From: Nostoc sp. T09
Lineage (GTDB): Bacteria; Cyanobacteriota; Cyanobacteriia; Cyanobacteriales; Nostocaceae
Direction of reading: 5' to 3'
Assembly (NCBI RefSeq): GCF_002154695.1
Contig: NZ_MTAV01000210.1
Location: 7,528 to 71,527 of the forward strand
DNA: 64,000 nt
Program-made: the position numbers and the translations under genes
The notes under the pieces: generated by a model
Database searches by the model: none
What the model was told of the DNA's origin: nothing
The model's input: the letters and a program-made list of their open reading frames with translations, nothing else
In this document: positions 48,863 to 59,579 of the stretch, in pieces
How the letters are laid out: each line of letters opens with the position of its first letter
Position numbering within the stretch: position 1 is the first letter of the stretch

Positions 48863-49552
48863 TTAAGTTGCTGTTAATGATTTTTCCCATACAACTGAGT
48901 ATCGCCAGAACAAATGCTTTCTGATTTTTGCTTCGGTTAACGACTTCAGATATATTTGTTTTGCTTGCGATCGCGTGAGATATTTGTCTGTGCGACCATG
49001 CTCTTGCCATACTGCAATCGCTTCTGGTGTCGGTCTGAGGCGTTTGTTTTTTAACAGTTGCAATGTCAAATGTAAGGGAACAGCGATCGCATCGCTCAGT
49101 ATATCTTGTATCCCTTCTGATTTAACCAAGTCTAGAATTAAAAACTTACCACCAGGTTTGAGAGCCGCCTGAATTTTGGGCAATAATACTTCCAAGGGTA
49201 AATGATGAACTGTGGCAATCGACGCTATAGCATCAAAATACTCAACAGGAAATTGCCATTGCAATATATCAGCTACTTGGAAATCTATATTTGGATAACT
49301 TTGAGATTGTTCCTGCGCGACTTCGATCATTTTTGGAGATAAATCTACCGCAGTAACTTGATCGGCCCGTTGAGCTAACAGACGAGAAAAAACACCAGTG
49401 CCACAGCCGATATCTAAAATCTTCTCACAATGGGGTGGTAATTGCTTGAGTAAAAAACTATGGTAATGATTGTTATGGTTCCATTGTACAGGTTGAAGTA
49501 AGGCAATTCTATCAAAATCCTGTTGAATTTTTTGTGTCAGTTGGTCACTCAT
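48863..49552 (-). CDS. class I SAM-dependent methyltransferase
   Basis: Motif I ILDIGCGTGVFS and post-I acidic residue (AVDLSPKMI); 229 aa. Confidence 0.8.
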   Translation of the reverse strand: MSDQLTQKIQQDFDRIALLQPVQWNHNNHYHSFLLKQLPPHCEKILDIGCGTGVFSRLLAQRADQVTAVDLSPKMIEVAQEQSQSYPNIDFQVADILQWQFPVEYFDAIASIATVHHLPLEVLLPKIQAALKPGGKFLILDLVKSEGIQDILSDAIAVPLHLTLQLLKNKRLRPTPEAIAVWQEHGRTDKYLTRSQAKQIYLKSLTEAKIRKHLFWRYSVVWEKSLTAT

Positions 49553-49577
49553 ATTGCCTAATCTTTGAGCGTCAATA

Positions 49578-50402
49578 TTAAACCAAAGCGATCGCTGTTA
49601 CTTCGGGAGGACAATACCAGCGTCCAGGCGGAAAAGTTCCCAAACCACGATTAACATAAAGCTTGTTTGTACCTACCCAATGTAAACCTTGGCTCCATTG
49701 CCAATTCTTCACAACTTTCGGCCATTTTCCTTTTAAAAAGGGTATCCAAGGCCAAAGGAATTCGGGAATTTTATGACGAGATGAATAAATCCAGTGAGGT
49801 ACAGAACCAACTCCTGGAATCACTATTTGACCCCCGTGAGTATGTCCTGAAAGTTGTAAATCCACGCGCCATTTTTTTAATGCTTCGGCGCTATCTGGAT
49901 TGTGAGATAACACGATCCGAGGCGTGTTGACATCTATTTGCCGCATTACAGATGCAGGGTTAAACTCAGGTGACCAATAATCAGGAAGTCCTACTAATGC
50001 TAACTCAGGGCCTAGAGGATAGGCTACTTGATTCCAAAGAACTTGAATTCCCACAGCAGTTAAAGCACTAGTTATTTCTGCTTTAGAGGTAGGTAAATAT
50101 AGGTCATGATTTCCTAAAACTGCATAAATACCAGCGCGACTTTCTAAGCTTTTCAACCGTTTTACTAGTTGATGTATTGGTTTGGGGCTATGAGTAACAA
50201 AGTCACCTGTAAGTACCACTAAATCAGGCTGAAGTTGATTGCTTGTATTAATTGCTTGTGCTAAAAGTTCTTCAGATAACAGCAGTCCATCATAATGTAA
50301 ATCTGACATTTGTACTATCTTAGAATTCCGTAATGACTTAGATAGTCCCGAAATTTCTATATTTAAATACTCGGTGCTTAAAGGCTCTGAAAGTAATTTC
50401 AT
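49578..50402 (-). CDS. metallophosphoesterase (calcineurin-like)
   Basis: Motifs SDLHYDG, VLTGDFVTH, VLGNHD, GHTHGGQ. Confidence 0.8.
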   Translation of the reverse strand: MKLLSEPLSTEYLNIEISGLSKSLRNSKIVQMSDLHYDGLLLSEELLAQAINTSNQLQPDLVVLTGDFVTHSPKPIHQLVKRLKSLESRAGIYAVLGNHDLYLPTSKAEITSALTAVGIQVLWNQVAYPLGPELALVGLPDYWSPEFNPASVMRQIDVNTPRIVLSHNPDSAEALKKWRVDLQLSGHTHGGQIVIPGVGSVPHWIYSSRHKIPEFLWPWIPFLKGKWPKVVKNWQWSQGLHWVGTNKLYVNRGLGTFPPGRWYCPPEVTAIALV

Positions 50403-50439
50403 TTTTTAAGTATCTGCGTAAAAATAAAAGTTAAATTGT

Positions 50440-50570
50440 GTATTTGTCATTTGTCATTGGTCATTTGTCATTGGTCATTGGTCATTTGTCATTTGTCATT
50501 GGTCATTGGTCAAAGGCCAAGCATTTCTTCCCCCTTGTCTCCCTTGTCCCCCTTGTCTCCCTTGTCCCCG
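50440..50570. repeat. STRR-type heptanucleotide tandem repeats ((tttgtca/ttggtca)n followed by (cccttgt)n)
   Basis: atttgtcatttgtcattggtcatttgtcattggtcattggtcatttgtcatttgtcattggtcattggtca then ccccttgtctcccttgtcccccttgtctcccttgtcc. Lies between convergent gene ends. Confidence 0.85.
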
Positions 50571-50613
50571 TTCCCTGCTTACCTCAACAGATAAATTCTC
50601 TGAACCAAACGAG

Positions 50614-51909
50614 TTATAGCTGCCAACGGAAGAAAAGAGTTAGCCAACCTAACACTCGCTGCCAAATAGGTCTAGCTTTCCATTCTGTTATAGTTATGCG
50701 ATCGCTTCTGCTAATTCCATAAGCAAAGAATTGCTCAACTAATTGCGCTAATTCTGACTCAGATAAGGAAAGCTGAAGCTCATCATTGTGGAAAAGGCTG
50801 CGAGGGTCTAAGTTGGTACTACCTGTACTGACAAAATTGTCATCGATCAACAATACTTTGGCGTGCATCATACTAGGCTGGTGCTCATAAATTTCGATTC
50901 CAGCTGCTAGTAATTTGGCGTACCCTTCACGTACTGCATAGTAGATTAATTTTTTGTCGTTGTGGAATCCCATAGTTAAAATACGTACATCTATGCCTCT
51001 TTTCTTTGCTGCCAACAGCGCTTGACGAGCATTATGATCTGGCAGAAAGTAAGGGCTAGCCAGCCAAATCCGCTGTGTTGCTGCCAAAAAAGTAGTGTAA
51101 AAAAGGGCACAAACAGTAGAACTGGCAGCCGGAGAGCTACTTGGTGTGACTAGGACAGTTGCACCACCCATCACAGGTGATTTGAATAGTTTTGGCCTAA
51201 GACTAGCTACTCCTCCCTCGTAAAGCCAGTGTTGCATGAAGATCCCTTCTAGGGTAACGACGATTTGCCCAGTGAAGCAAACCTCCAAATCGAGCCAGGG
51301 ATCTGTAACTTCCTTTTTTTGGACACCATCCCAGTGATCGGAAACTCCCATACCCCCGACAAATGCAACTTCCCCATCTATTAGTAACAATTTACGGTGG
51401 GTGCGGATGTTATAAGCGAGGGGAGCTTTCCAAGTAAACTCATGAAAGAAGCGCACAGCAACACCCGCAGCTTTGAGTTTTTGCCAGTAATCTTGAGATA
51501 TTGTTGTTACCCCTAAGCTATCAGCGATAAATAGTACCTCAACTCCAGCCTGGGATCGCTCCGCCAACGCCGCTGCAAATTCGTCAGCGCGACGACCAGG
51601 TGTCATAAAAAATGTTTCAAAGTGAATTGTACTTTGGGCACGCTGAATTGCTTCTAACCTAGCTGTATAAATATCCTCAATCTCAAACCAAAAGTTTGTA
51701 AACTCCCCTTGAGTAATCAATGAGTTAGATACACTCATCATCGCCACAGGAAAGTCAGGTTCAGTTAATCCTGGAACATCTGTTATTCGATAGTTGATTT
51801 TTTTATGAAAAGCTCCAGTCAAGTAAAGAATAAATAAAAGTATAAAAATTAATACTAGTAGCAACTCACTACTTAGCCAGGTTAAGCCACGCAAAAATTC
51901 TATATTCAA
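50614..51909 (-). CDS. cls: cardiolipin synthase (phospholipase D superfamily, two HKD motifs)
   Basis: N-terminal TM pair, then HKD-1 (HRKLLLIDGEVAFVGGMGVSDHW) and HKD-2 (HAKVLLIDDNFVSTGSTNLDPRS). Confidence 0.85.
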   Translation of the reverse strand: MNIEFLRGLTWLSSELLLVLIFILLFILYLTGAFHKKINYRITDVPGLTEPDFPVAMMSVSNSLITQGEFTNFWFEIEDIYTARLEAIQRAQSTIHFETFFMTPGRRADEFAAALAERSQAGVEVLFIADSLGVTTISQDYWQKLKAAGVAVRFFHEFTWKAPLAYNIRTHRKLLLIDGEVAFVGGMGVSDHWDGVQKKEVTDPWLDLEVCFTGQIVVTLEGIFMQHWLYEGGVASLRPKLFKSPVMGGATVLVTPSSSPAASSTVCALFYTTFLAATQRIWLASPYFLPDHNARQALLAAKKRGIDVRILTMGFHNDKKLIYYAVREGYAKLLAAGIEIYEHQPSMMHAKVLLIDDNFVSTGSTNLDPRSLFHNDELQLSLSESELAQLVEQFFAYGISRSDRITITEWKARPIWQRVLGWLTLFFRWQL

Positions 51910-52508
51910 GATTTAAATTCAAAATTCAACTCATATCAATTCTACGTAAAGTTGTATACCTTAATCCTGGTTTTTTCGCTAATAGCTTTAGTGAAAGGCT
52001 GCTGTCTAAAAAATGTTTAAGAAATAAATAAAATCATTCCTTAGATAGATACATACCTTTTAGAATTTCCGTCTATTAGGTAGATCGCGGGAAGTTGCTA
52101 GAGTTTGGGAAGCTAATTAGACAGAAAAAGTAATAGCAACCTCAGTACTCAAAACTAAAAGAAATTATCGCTTATGCTTGGTAATAGCATCATCGAAACA
52201 ACAATTGTGAGGTTAATAAGCATATATTTACAGTATAATTAATATTATTATATCTGTATTTAAAGCTACATAAAATATTTATAAATTTAATTTGTTTATA
52301 ATAATACAAATTTATTTAATAATTTTCCTGTTCTTTAGATAGAGCCTTGCATATCTTTAGATAGAAGACATCGAAAAACAATTACGATAAATTTTGGAAA
52401 TCTTTTCTCGTAAATTTAAAAATCACATTTTGGAGATTTGAAAATCGTCATATCAAGTCATGTTTAAATGTTTATAAATTAAGTTTCCAAAACCAAGATA
52501 TAAAATTT

Positions 52509-53801
52509 ATGAGGAGTGTCAAAGTAGCTACTGTTATTGTTACTTGGAACAAGCTACATCATATCTGCTTGCTAATTGAAGACATTAATAAACTGAATTC
52601 AGAACATTTCCAACTAGATATTTATGTTGTAGATAACGGTTCAACGGATAGTACTCAAAATTACTTAGAGCAGAACTATTCTTCTTTGCTCAAAGTTTTG
52701 CAAACAGGTAGCAATTTAGGGGGTTCTGGTGGATTTTCTTACGGGTTACAATTTGTTAGCCAGCTTGAATATGATTACATCTGGCTACTTGATAATGATG
52801 TTCGTCTAGATCCGCTAGCTCTAGAAGCCCTAGTTCAAACTTTACAAAACCATCCCGAAGTAGGATTGGTTGGTTCTCAAATTCGGAAGCTACAGGAACC
52901 AAATACGATTCAAGAATTAGGCAGCTTTATTAACACCGCAAAAGCACACCTAAAAACCAACTTCGGTAACTATAGTAACATTTCAAATGAGGAAATCCTC
53001 AATGGCAAAGCTTACATTAATGTAGATGTTTGCGCAGCAGCATCGTTATTAGTGCGTAAACAAATTGTCCAGCAAATAGGATTGTTTGAAGATTACTTTT
53101 TACATTTTGATGATGTAGAGTGGTGCTTGCGAGCCAAGCAAGCTGGTTGGATTGTGGCAGTAAATCCAGATTCAATTGTTTGGCATCATTCACCTGATTT
53201 TAAATGTAGACCCTGGGTTAACTATTACGATGAGCGCAATCTTTGCTACTGTTGGCAAAAACATCGACCTGGCTTGGTATTAAAAAGAGTTGTTGTGAGT
53301 TTGCCACGTCTAGTTTACTACGCTGCAACAGGACGGTACTTTCTAGCTGAAGTTTCCATAAGAGGTTTTCAAGACTTTCTTGCAGGTATTCGGGGGAAGA
53401 TGCCAAGAACACTAAACTATACTGAGTGTTCTTTAGAGGAAATTATTAATCAGCCAGCTAAAGTTTTTGTACAATCTAACATTTATCAAGATGATCTACA
53501 AAGCCAAGTTTTAAACAAGATGCAGGTAGAGCAAAAACTTACTTTGTGGCATCCACCTCAACAATTAGCTGAGTATCTTTGGCTATGGCTACTCGCATTT
53601 TTTAAGAAGCCAATAGATATAGCTCTCATTAGCTGTCAACAACCCAAACTTTACGTTCTTAATTTGGCAAAGCAAGTTTACTATTTCACAGGTAATGGTT
53701 ACGTACCTGTGGCAATTAATCTTTTAGGTTTTATCCAGGCAGTTACTCAAACTATCAGCCAAATGTGGCAGATATACTGGCAAGTTCGCAAACTTACTTA
53801 A
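52509..53801 (+). CDS. glycosyltransferase family 2 (rhamnosyltransferase-like)
   Basis: VATVIVTWNKLHH...IYVVDNGSTDST...GSNLGGSGGFSYG...YIWLLDNDVRLDP (DxD) and DDVEWCLRAKQAGW. The GC content is markedly lower than the neighbouring genome. Confidence 0.8.
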   Translation: MRSVKVATVIVTWNKLHHICLLIEDINKLNSEHFQLDIYVVDNGSTDSTQNYLEQNYSSLLKVLQTGSNLGGSGGFSYGLQFVSQLEYDYIWLLDNDVRLDPLALEALVQTLQNHPEVGLVGSQIRKLQEPNTIQELGSFINTAKAHLKTNFGNYSNISNEEILNGKAYINVDVCAAASLLVRKQIVQQIGLFEDYFLHFDDVEWCLRAKQAGWIVAVNPDSIVWHHSPDFKCRPWVNYYDERNLCYCWQKHRPGLVLKRVVVSLPRLVYYAATGRYFLAEVSIRGFQDFLAGIRGKMPRTLNYTECSLEEIINQPAKVFVQSNIYQDDLQSQVLNKMQVEQKLTLWHPPQQLAEYLWLWLLAFFKKPIDIALISCQQPKLYVLNLAKQVYYFTGNGYVPVAINLLGFIQAVTQTISQMWQIYWQVRKLT

Positions 53802-53811
53802 GTTATCACAA

Positions 53812-54813
53812 ATGCCGAACATAGCACCTAATTTAGCATTTCCCTTAGTTTCAATTATAATTTGTACGAGCGATCGCCATGATTTTTTAGCGAAAGCGCT
53901 TAAATCACTTGAACTCTTAAGCTACCCAGATTTTGAAGTCATTGTGATTGACTCTTCATCAACAACACAGACAAGTGAAATAGTCCATAGCGTAACTAGC
54001 AACAATAGCTTAACAGTAAAGTTATTGAAAGTTGAGCCTCGCAATATTAGTTACTCCCGTAATAGGGGAATCAAGTTAGCATCAGGCTCAATTATTGCTT
54101 TTTTTGATGATGATGCCATTCCGCCGTCAGAATGGTTAGAGAAATTGCTATTTAGCTATACCATACATGGAGACAATTGTGCTGCGGTTGGAGGTGCAGT
54201 TCGAGATTTAACTCGTCCCGGTCATCCTCTACAGTTTTGTCGGGGTATTACCAATCTTTTCAGCGAAACAATTGCAATTCGTCCAGCTGATGCTGTGGAT
54301 TATAACCAAGCAAACGGCTTTTGGTTTAACGGTTTAATGGGTACAAATTCATCTTTTAGAAAAGATTTACTGGAGAAAATTAATGGCTATGATGAATTTT
54401 TTGATTACTTTCTCGATGAAACTGATGTTTGTTTACGTCTAATTCAGGCTGGGTATGAAGTTCATTATGCTGATGTTACTGTAAATCACTATCCTCAACC
54501 TAGCCATAATCGCATCGACCAAAAGCATCTTACTTGTTGGTATTCTCTAGCAAAAAATACAACTTACTTTGCTTTTAAGCATGGCTTTAAAAAATTTCCT
54601 TTTGTAATGTTTGTGGCTCGTTTGATATTACTTATAACCCATCGTTGTCTATTGAGGATACTGCGTTTAAAATTTACACATCATCTTCCAAATTCAACTT
54701 TATTAAAGTACATTCAGCAAACTTTTTACGGAATTCGTGTTGGCTGGAATGCTGGAATAAAGCTGCATAAAGGTAATTTAAATAAAGTCAATTTTAGTGA
54801 AGAGACCTGTTAG
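53812..54813 (+). CDS. glycosyltransferase family 2
   Basis: VSIIICTSDR...EVIVIDSSS...AFFDDDAIP (DxD) and ETDVCLRLIQAGY. Starts 10 bp after the previous GT2. Confidence 0.8.
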   Translation: MPNIAPNLAFPLVSIIICTSDRHDFLAKALKSLELLSYPDFEVIVIDSSSTTQTSEIVHSVTSNNSLTVKLLKVEPRNISYSRNRGIKLASGSIIAFFDDDAIPPSEWLEKLLFSYTIHGDNCAAVGGAVRDLTRPGHPLQFCRGITNLFSETIAIRPADAVDYNQANGFWFNGLMGTNSSFRKDLLEKINGYDEFFDYFLDETDVCLRLIQAGYEVHYADVTVNHYPQPSHNRIDQKHLTCWYSLAKNTTYFAFKHGFKKFPFVMFVARLILLITHRCLLRILRLKFTHHLPNSTLLKYIQQTFYGIRVGWNAGIKLHKGNLNKVNFSEETC

Positions 54814-54961
54814 CTTTCCTAAAATTCTACTGGGTAATTTGGTTGGACAAAGGAAAGGTAAAGTTAATTGGGAACGCCAATGAAGTTGTTGAAGCCTACC
54901 TAAAAACTACGGTAAACATCTAAATTTATACTATTCTTCTTTAATATTTAGCATTTTTAAG

Positions 54962-56848
54962 ATGGAGAAAATAAAAATGACCGAGGTTATTGTCAACCTA
55001 AAACTAGAATCGAAAAACACTATAACTGCCGTTAAGCTGCAAAATATTGTCTTGCCAAATACAGATATTTGTACTACAGAAGAACTTTTTTTAAGAAGAA
55101 ACTCTAAGTGTTTGTTGAATTATGAGCAAAATAGAGTTGAGCTTAAACAAGGTGGAATTATAAAATTTGATAGTTATTTTAATAGTTTTTCTGCGCATAA
55201 ATGGCAAGAATATACAAATGTAAAAACAATCAACCTTAACTTAAGCTTGCAAGGAAAGTTTCAAATTAAGCTTTTGCAAGTTGATTACTTTTCAAAAACG
55301 GTCAACTTAGTTAATCAGACAGTAATTACTAGCGATAATTTAGATGACGTTGTTGTATTTCATGATATAGAAATTCAAGCATATAAAGGATTGCTCTATC
55401 TTGAAATTGAGGCTTTAGCAGATAATTGTATATTTACAGGTGGTTACTTTAATGCCAAAGTTAATAACTTACCGGAAATAAATGAGAAAATTGCTATTGT
55501 TATATGTACATATAAAAGAGAAGCCTACATTTATAAAAATATTCAATTATTAGAAAAATATTTATTTATTAATCCAGATCTAGTAAACAGATTTGAAATA
55601 TTTGTGATTGATAATGGTAAAACATTAAATAATTTTGTGAATCCTAAAGTTCATTTAATACCTAATAAAAATACAGGGGGCAGTGGTGGTTATACTAGAG
55701 GAATTTTAGAAGTTTTAGAACATAAAACAGATTTTTCTCACATTATATTTATGGATGACGATGTTGTTATAGCTCCGGAGGCTTTTGAGAGAATTTATAA
55801 CTTTCAAAGAGTTATTAATGACAAAAGCTTATGTATTGGAGGCAGCATGTTAAAGCTGGACAATAAATATGTTCAGCATGAAAATGGAGCAATCTGGGAT
55901 GATGAAATTGTTAGAATCAAGCCCGATATTGATCTTAGAGTTTTAAAAAACGTTTTATTCAATGAGGTTGAGGAGCATATTAATTATAATGGCTGGTGGT
56001 TATTTTGCTTTCCTACAAAAGTTATAGATAATTTTAATCTGCCATATCCATTTTTTGTAAGAGGTGATGATATAGAACTAGCAATCAGATTACAGCAAAG
56101 AATTGTGACTCTAAATGGTATATGTGTATGGCATGAATCATTTGAAAATAAATCTTCCCCTGCATCACAGCATTACTATTCTATAAAGAATGAAATGATT
56201 TTAAGTATTATTTACTCTGATAAGTTCAGTAGAATTAGTGCAATTAAGAAGATTTTAAAATTTAGTCTCAAGGAAGCTTTTTGTTATAAATATAAAACTG
56301 CAAATTTAATTCTACAGGCAGCCTCAGATCTTTTAAATGGTCCTTACTACATAAAAACAATCAACCCTGAAGATAAAAATTTAGAAGTTTTACGTATGAC
56401 AGAGAAATCTGTTAAAAAACCAGAGCTACCTTTTGTTTATGGTAAGTATGAAAAAAGCATTGAGGAAAGAGAAAATAGTTTGCATCGTTTGATAAGGTTA
56501 ATCACATTAAACGGTCATCTTTTGCCTAATTTTTTATTTCATAAGCAGAATAGATTATCTGAAAAAGGATATACAATTGTTCCAACCTATGGGTATAGAC
56601 CTATTAATTTTTTTAGAGCTAGGAAAGGTTTGTACTATAACATAAATAACCATGAAGGTTTTGTAGTAATAATCTCTCGATTAGAATTTTTTAGAATTTT
56701 TGTTAAAACAATAATTATCTGTTTACAAATGGCAGTTAAATTTTCTCGATTGAAACAACTTTATAGAGAGACATTACCTGAACTTACTAATAAAACTTTT
56801 TGGGAAAACTATTTAGAGATTAATAAATCTTCTGGCGATAATTGTTAG
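54962..56848 (+). CDS. large glycosyltransferase family 2 protein with ~170-aa N-terminal extension (GlfT2-like architecture)
   Basis: 628 aa. The central GT-A region has IAIVICTYKRE...IFVIDNGKT...GGSGGYTRG...IIFMDDDVV and a GWWLFCFP...RGDDIELAIRL motif. The N- and C-terminal extra domains are like those of polymerising galactofuranosyl/rhamnosyl transferases. Confidence 0.65.
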   Translation: MEKIKMTEVIVNLKLESKNTITAVKLQNIVLPNTDICTTEELFLRRNSKCLLNYEQNRVELKQGGIIKFDSYFNSFSAHKWQEYTNVKTINLNLSLQGKFQIKLLQVDYFSKTVNLVNQTVITSDNLDDVVVFHDIEIQAYKGLLYLEIEALADNCIFTGGYFNAKVNNLPEINEKIAIVICTYKREAYIYKNIQLLEKYLFINPDLVNRFEIFVIDNGKTLNNFVNPKVHLIPNKNTGGSGGYTRGILEVLEHKTDFSHIIFMDDDVVIAPEAFERIYNFQRVINDKSLCIGGSMLKLDNKYVQHENGAIWDDEIVRIKPDIDLRVLKNVLFNEVEEHINYNGWWLFCFPTKVIDNFNLPYPFFVRGDDIELAIRLQQRIVTLNGICVWHESFENKSSPASQHYYSIKNEMILSIIYSDKFSRISAIKKILKFSLKEAFCYKYKTANLILQAASDLLNGPYYIKTINPEDKNLEVLRMTEKSVKKPELPFVYGKYEKSIEERENSLHRLIRLITLNGHLLPNFLFHKQNRLSEKGYTIVPTYGYRPINFFRARKGLYYNINNHEGFVVIISRLEFFRIFVKTIIICLQMAVKFSRLKQLYRETLPELTNKTFWENYLEINKSSGDNC

Positions 56849-57311
56849 TTTTGTTTTTAGCTAATCCAAGTATCACATTAATTTTGTAACACTTTTTCAA
56901 GTAAAGAACTCCTATTTAATTTTTGAAAAAGGCTACGAAACAACAGGGGAAGGTGAACAAGCCTAATAGGAACGATCAGCCCGAATTTACTAACTGGCAC
57001 ATTTCCAATGGGAGTATGTCGGTAATAGTCAAAAGAGGAAATAGCATTACATTGCTCTCCAAACTTGAATATTTTATAGCTCTGTGTCTATGAGGTGTAT
57101 GAGCTAGAGAAAGTTTTGCCAGTCAAGATTATTGGCAAATCACTGCGTTGAAATCGAAACAGGAAAGATAAGAGTATTCCTCATTAATTATATATAATTA
57201 GTGTCATTAAATTTGAAGAGATTTAAGTGGATATATGTGGGAACAATGGTTTGGAAATCGTGGTCTTGCAGTACTTAATGAGGTTAAACTCTCTCTGTAT
57301 AAAAAATATTT

Positions 57312-58559
57312 ATGAATATTTCTAACTCTCAAATACAACCCTATAGCTATCAGCCTCATATTGTTAAATTGCTTGACTTTTGTAAAGGATTAGCCATTAT
57401 TGGAGTATTTTTAATACACTATCCCCCATCTGAGTTTACAATTTCCTTTGGCTGGCAAGGAGTACATATTTTTATTGTTTTAAGTGCTTTTGGGTTAACC
57501 TACTCTAGATTGAATAAACATAAAACCAATTCTTGGAGACAATGGTATATTAAACGAGCAGAAAGAATATTTCCTAGTTACTGGTTAATAGTTTTACTGG
57601 GATTTTTTCTATTATTTATCAATAGTATTTTCGACTATATATTTAAGCAGGGAAATTTAATACATTCTTTGCTAGAACCAACAGCTACAACAATTATAGA
57701 TATTTTACTTTTAAGAAATTTTTTTGCTAATACTGAGTCTGGTTATCCTAATCCCGCGTTATGGTTTGTCCCTTTTATCATTAGTTTTTATTTAATCTTT
57801 CCTTGGTTACATAAAAAAGTTGTCAAATCTAGGAAAGCTAAGGATTATATATTAGTACTCTTAGTAGCAGCATTTGTTGAGTTTATCTACCGAGGTGTAT
57901 CTATCTACTGGCTTCATAGCAGTCCGATTGCATATGGGCTTCATTTCCTAAAAACTTTACCTAAATCAGAATTTATAATTAGTAATCAAATACCTTTTGG
58001 ATTTTTTCCTTCTAGAATTGCTGAGTTTGTATTAGGGATAGTTGGAGCAATTCTTTTTATGAAGAATCAAAAAAAATTCGAGAAATTGATTCTAAATAAT
58101 TTGGTAGGAGTGCTAGGATTATTTATCTGGATAGCTGGTAATATTTTGCTATCTGTAGGGTTATGGGGATGGGTGTTCTCTGATTTTGTTATTGCTCTAG
58201 GCTTAATTTTATTTGTTATAAATCTAGCTTTTCTTATCCAAAAGAGATTATCACCCTTATTTTCAATTTTAAGTAAATTAGGTATTTTATCTTATTACAT
58301 TTATCTATCTCACTATCTTGTCTTAGTATTTTTTACTACAGAAATAAATAAGCTAGCTACAAAGGCTAATTTACTTAACTCTTTAATTATTAAAGTATTG
58401 ATATTAGGATTTACAATCATTGTAACAGGTATTGCAAGTTGGATGTTAATGCGGTTTGATCGCTCAAAATTTGCAAAAGAGATAGTTCAAAAACTGATTG
58501 CATGGCTCCCTTCACTTCTAAAATTTGGGCTAAATGGTCGAAATTCAACAAAAAAGTAG
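57312..58559 (+). CDS. acyltransferase family 3 (membrane O-acyltransferase, OatA/WecH-like)
   Basis: 415 aa, ~10 TM helices. N-terminal LDFCKGLAIIGVFLIHY...GVHIFIVLSAFGL with conserved His, and R-x10-YW motifs. Confidence 0.8.
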   Translation: MNISNSQIQPYSYQPHIVKLLDFCKGLAIIGVFLIHYPPSEFTISFGWQGVHIFIVLSAFGLTYSRLNKHKTNSWRQWYIKRAERIFPSYWLIVLLGFFLLFINSIFDYIFKQGNLIHSLLEPTATTIIDILLLRNFFANTESGYPNPALWFVPFIISFYLIFPWLHKKVVKSRKAKDYILVLLVAAFVEFIYRGVSIYWLHSSPIAYGLHFLKTLPKSEFIISNQIPFGFFPSRIAEFVLGIVGAILFMKNQKKFEKLILNNLVGVLGLFIWIAGNILLSVGLWGWVFSDFVIALGLILFVINLAFLIQKRLSPLFSILSKLGILSYYIYLSHYLVLVFFTTEINKLATKANLLNSLIIKVLILGFTIIVTGIASWMLMRFDRSKFAKEIVQKLIAWLPSLLKFGLNGRNSTKK

Positions 58560-58853
58560 AAAGGCAGATTCAACATAAAACCCTCTTTAGGCATAATTCT
58601 AGAGAGAAGGCGCAATTTAAAAAATACAAAATTAAACTTATAATTAATTATAAATTTATCTAATATTTAATTAGTAATTAAGAAATTTTTATCAGTATCT
58701 GTTTTTCATTTAAATACCTCCTAGATAATAATGAATTCGTACTTTAGATAGGTACATTTTTGAAAATGTCGCTCCATTAGTAAGAGGGCAGAAAGCTTTG
58801 AGCTTTTTAAAATCGGGTCAGAAGAGAAAAATACTGGCAGTAACTTTTTACTC

Positions 58854-59525
58854 ATGCTATTCCAAGACCGAAGTTTGGCAGGTCAGTTGTTAGCTCAAGA
58901 TTTGGCACTTTATGCTAACCGCCCAGATGTGCTGGTACTAGCCTTACCAAGAGGTGGCGTACCAATTGCCTTTGAAATTGCCAAAGTATTAAATGTTGTA
59001 TTGGATGTTTGGCTAGTACGCAAACTAGGCGTACCCAATCAACAAGAGTTGGCAATGGGAGCGATCGCTTCTGGTGATGTTCAAATAGTCAATCAAGATA
59101 TTGTTCGCGATTTCAATCTCTCGGAGCGAACAATTGCCAAAGTAGCGGCGCAAGAATACCAAGAACTAAAGCGACGAGAACAGCTTTATCGCGGGAATCG
59201 TCCTTTCCCAAAACTACAAGGAAAGACGGTGATTTTGGTAGATGACGGTTTAGCAACAGGTGCAACCATGTTGGCTGCAATTATCGCAGTCCAAAAACAG
59301 CAACCTGCTCGGATTGTAGTTGCAGTCCCCGTTGCTGCATCACCTGCCTACCAACAATTGGCAGACAAAGTAGACGAAATGGTTTGTCTATCGACACCCA
59401 CACCTTTCTACAGCGTTGGTCAGTGGTATCAACGCTTTCCGCAAACTACAGATGATGAAGTCCGCGATTTGTTAAGAAAAGCTGCGAATCGCCATGAGCC
59501 GCTATCCCTTGGTACTCCTAGCTAA
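58854..59525 (+). CDS. phosphoribosyltransferase-domain protein (type I PRT)
   Basis: PRPP-binding loop VILVDDGLATGATM and upstream LALPRGGVPIA; 223 aa. Confidence 0.75.
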   Translation: MLFQDRSLAGQLLAQDLALYANRPDVLVLALPRGGVPIAFEIAKVLNVVLDVWLVRKLGVPNQQELAMGAIASGDVQIVNQDIVRDFNLSERTIAKVAAQEYQELKRREQLYRGNRPFPKLQGKTVILVDDGLATGATMLAAIIAVQKQQPARIVVAVPVAASPAYQQLADKVDEMVCLSTPTPFYSVGQWYQRFPQTTDDEVRDLLRKAANRHEPLSLGTPS

Positions 59526-59579
59526 ATAACAGTCCTGAGTCCTGAGTCCTGAGAATTGTTGATGGTGCGTTGCTACTAG

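Noticed and set aside
50438-50722. 94-aa ORF 50438-50722 (+) across the STRR array
   Set aside because: Its translation (LSFVIGHLSLVIGH…) is the heptamer repeat read in frame, and it overlaps the 3' end of the cls gene. It is a repeat artefact.
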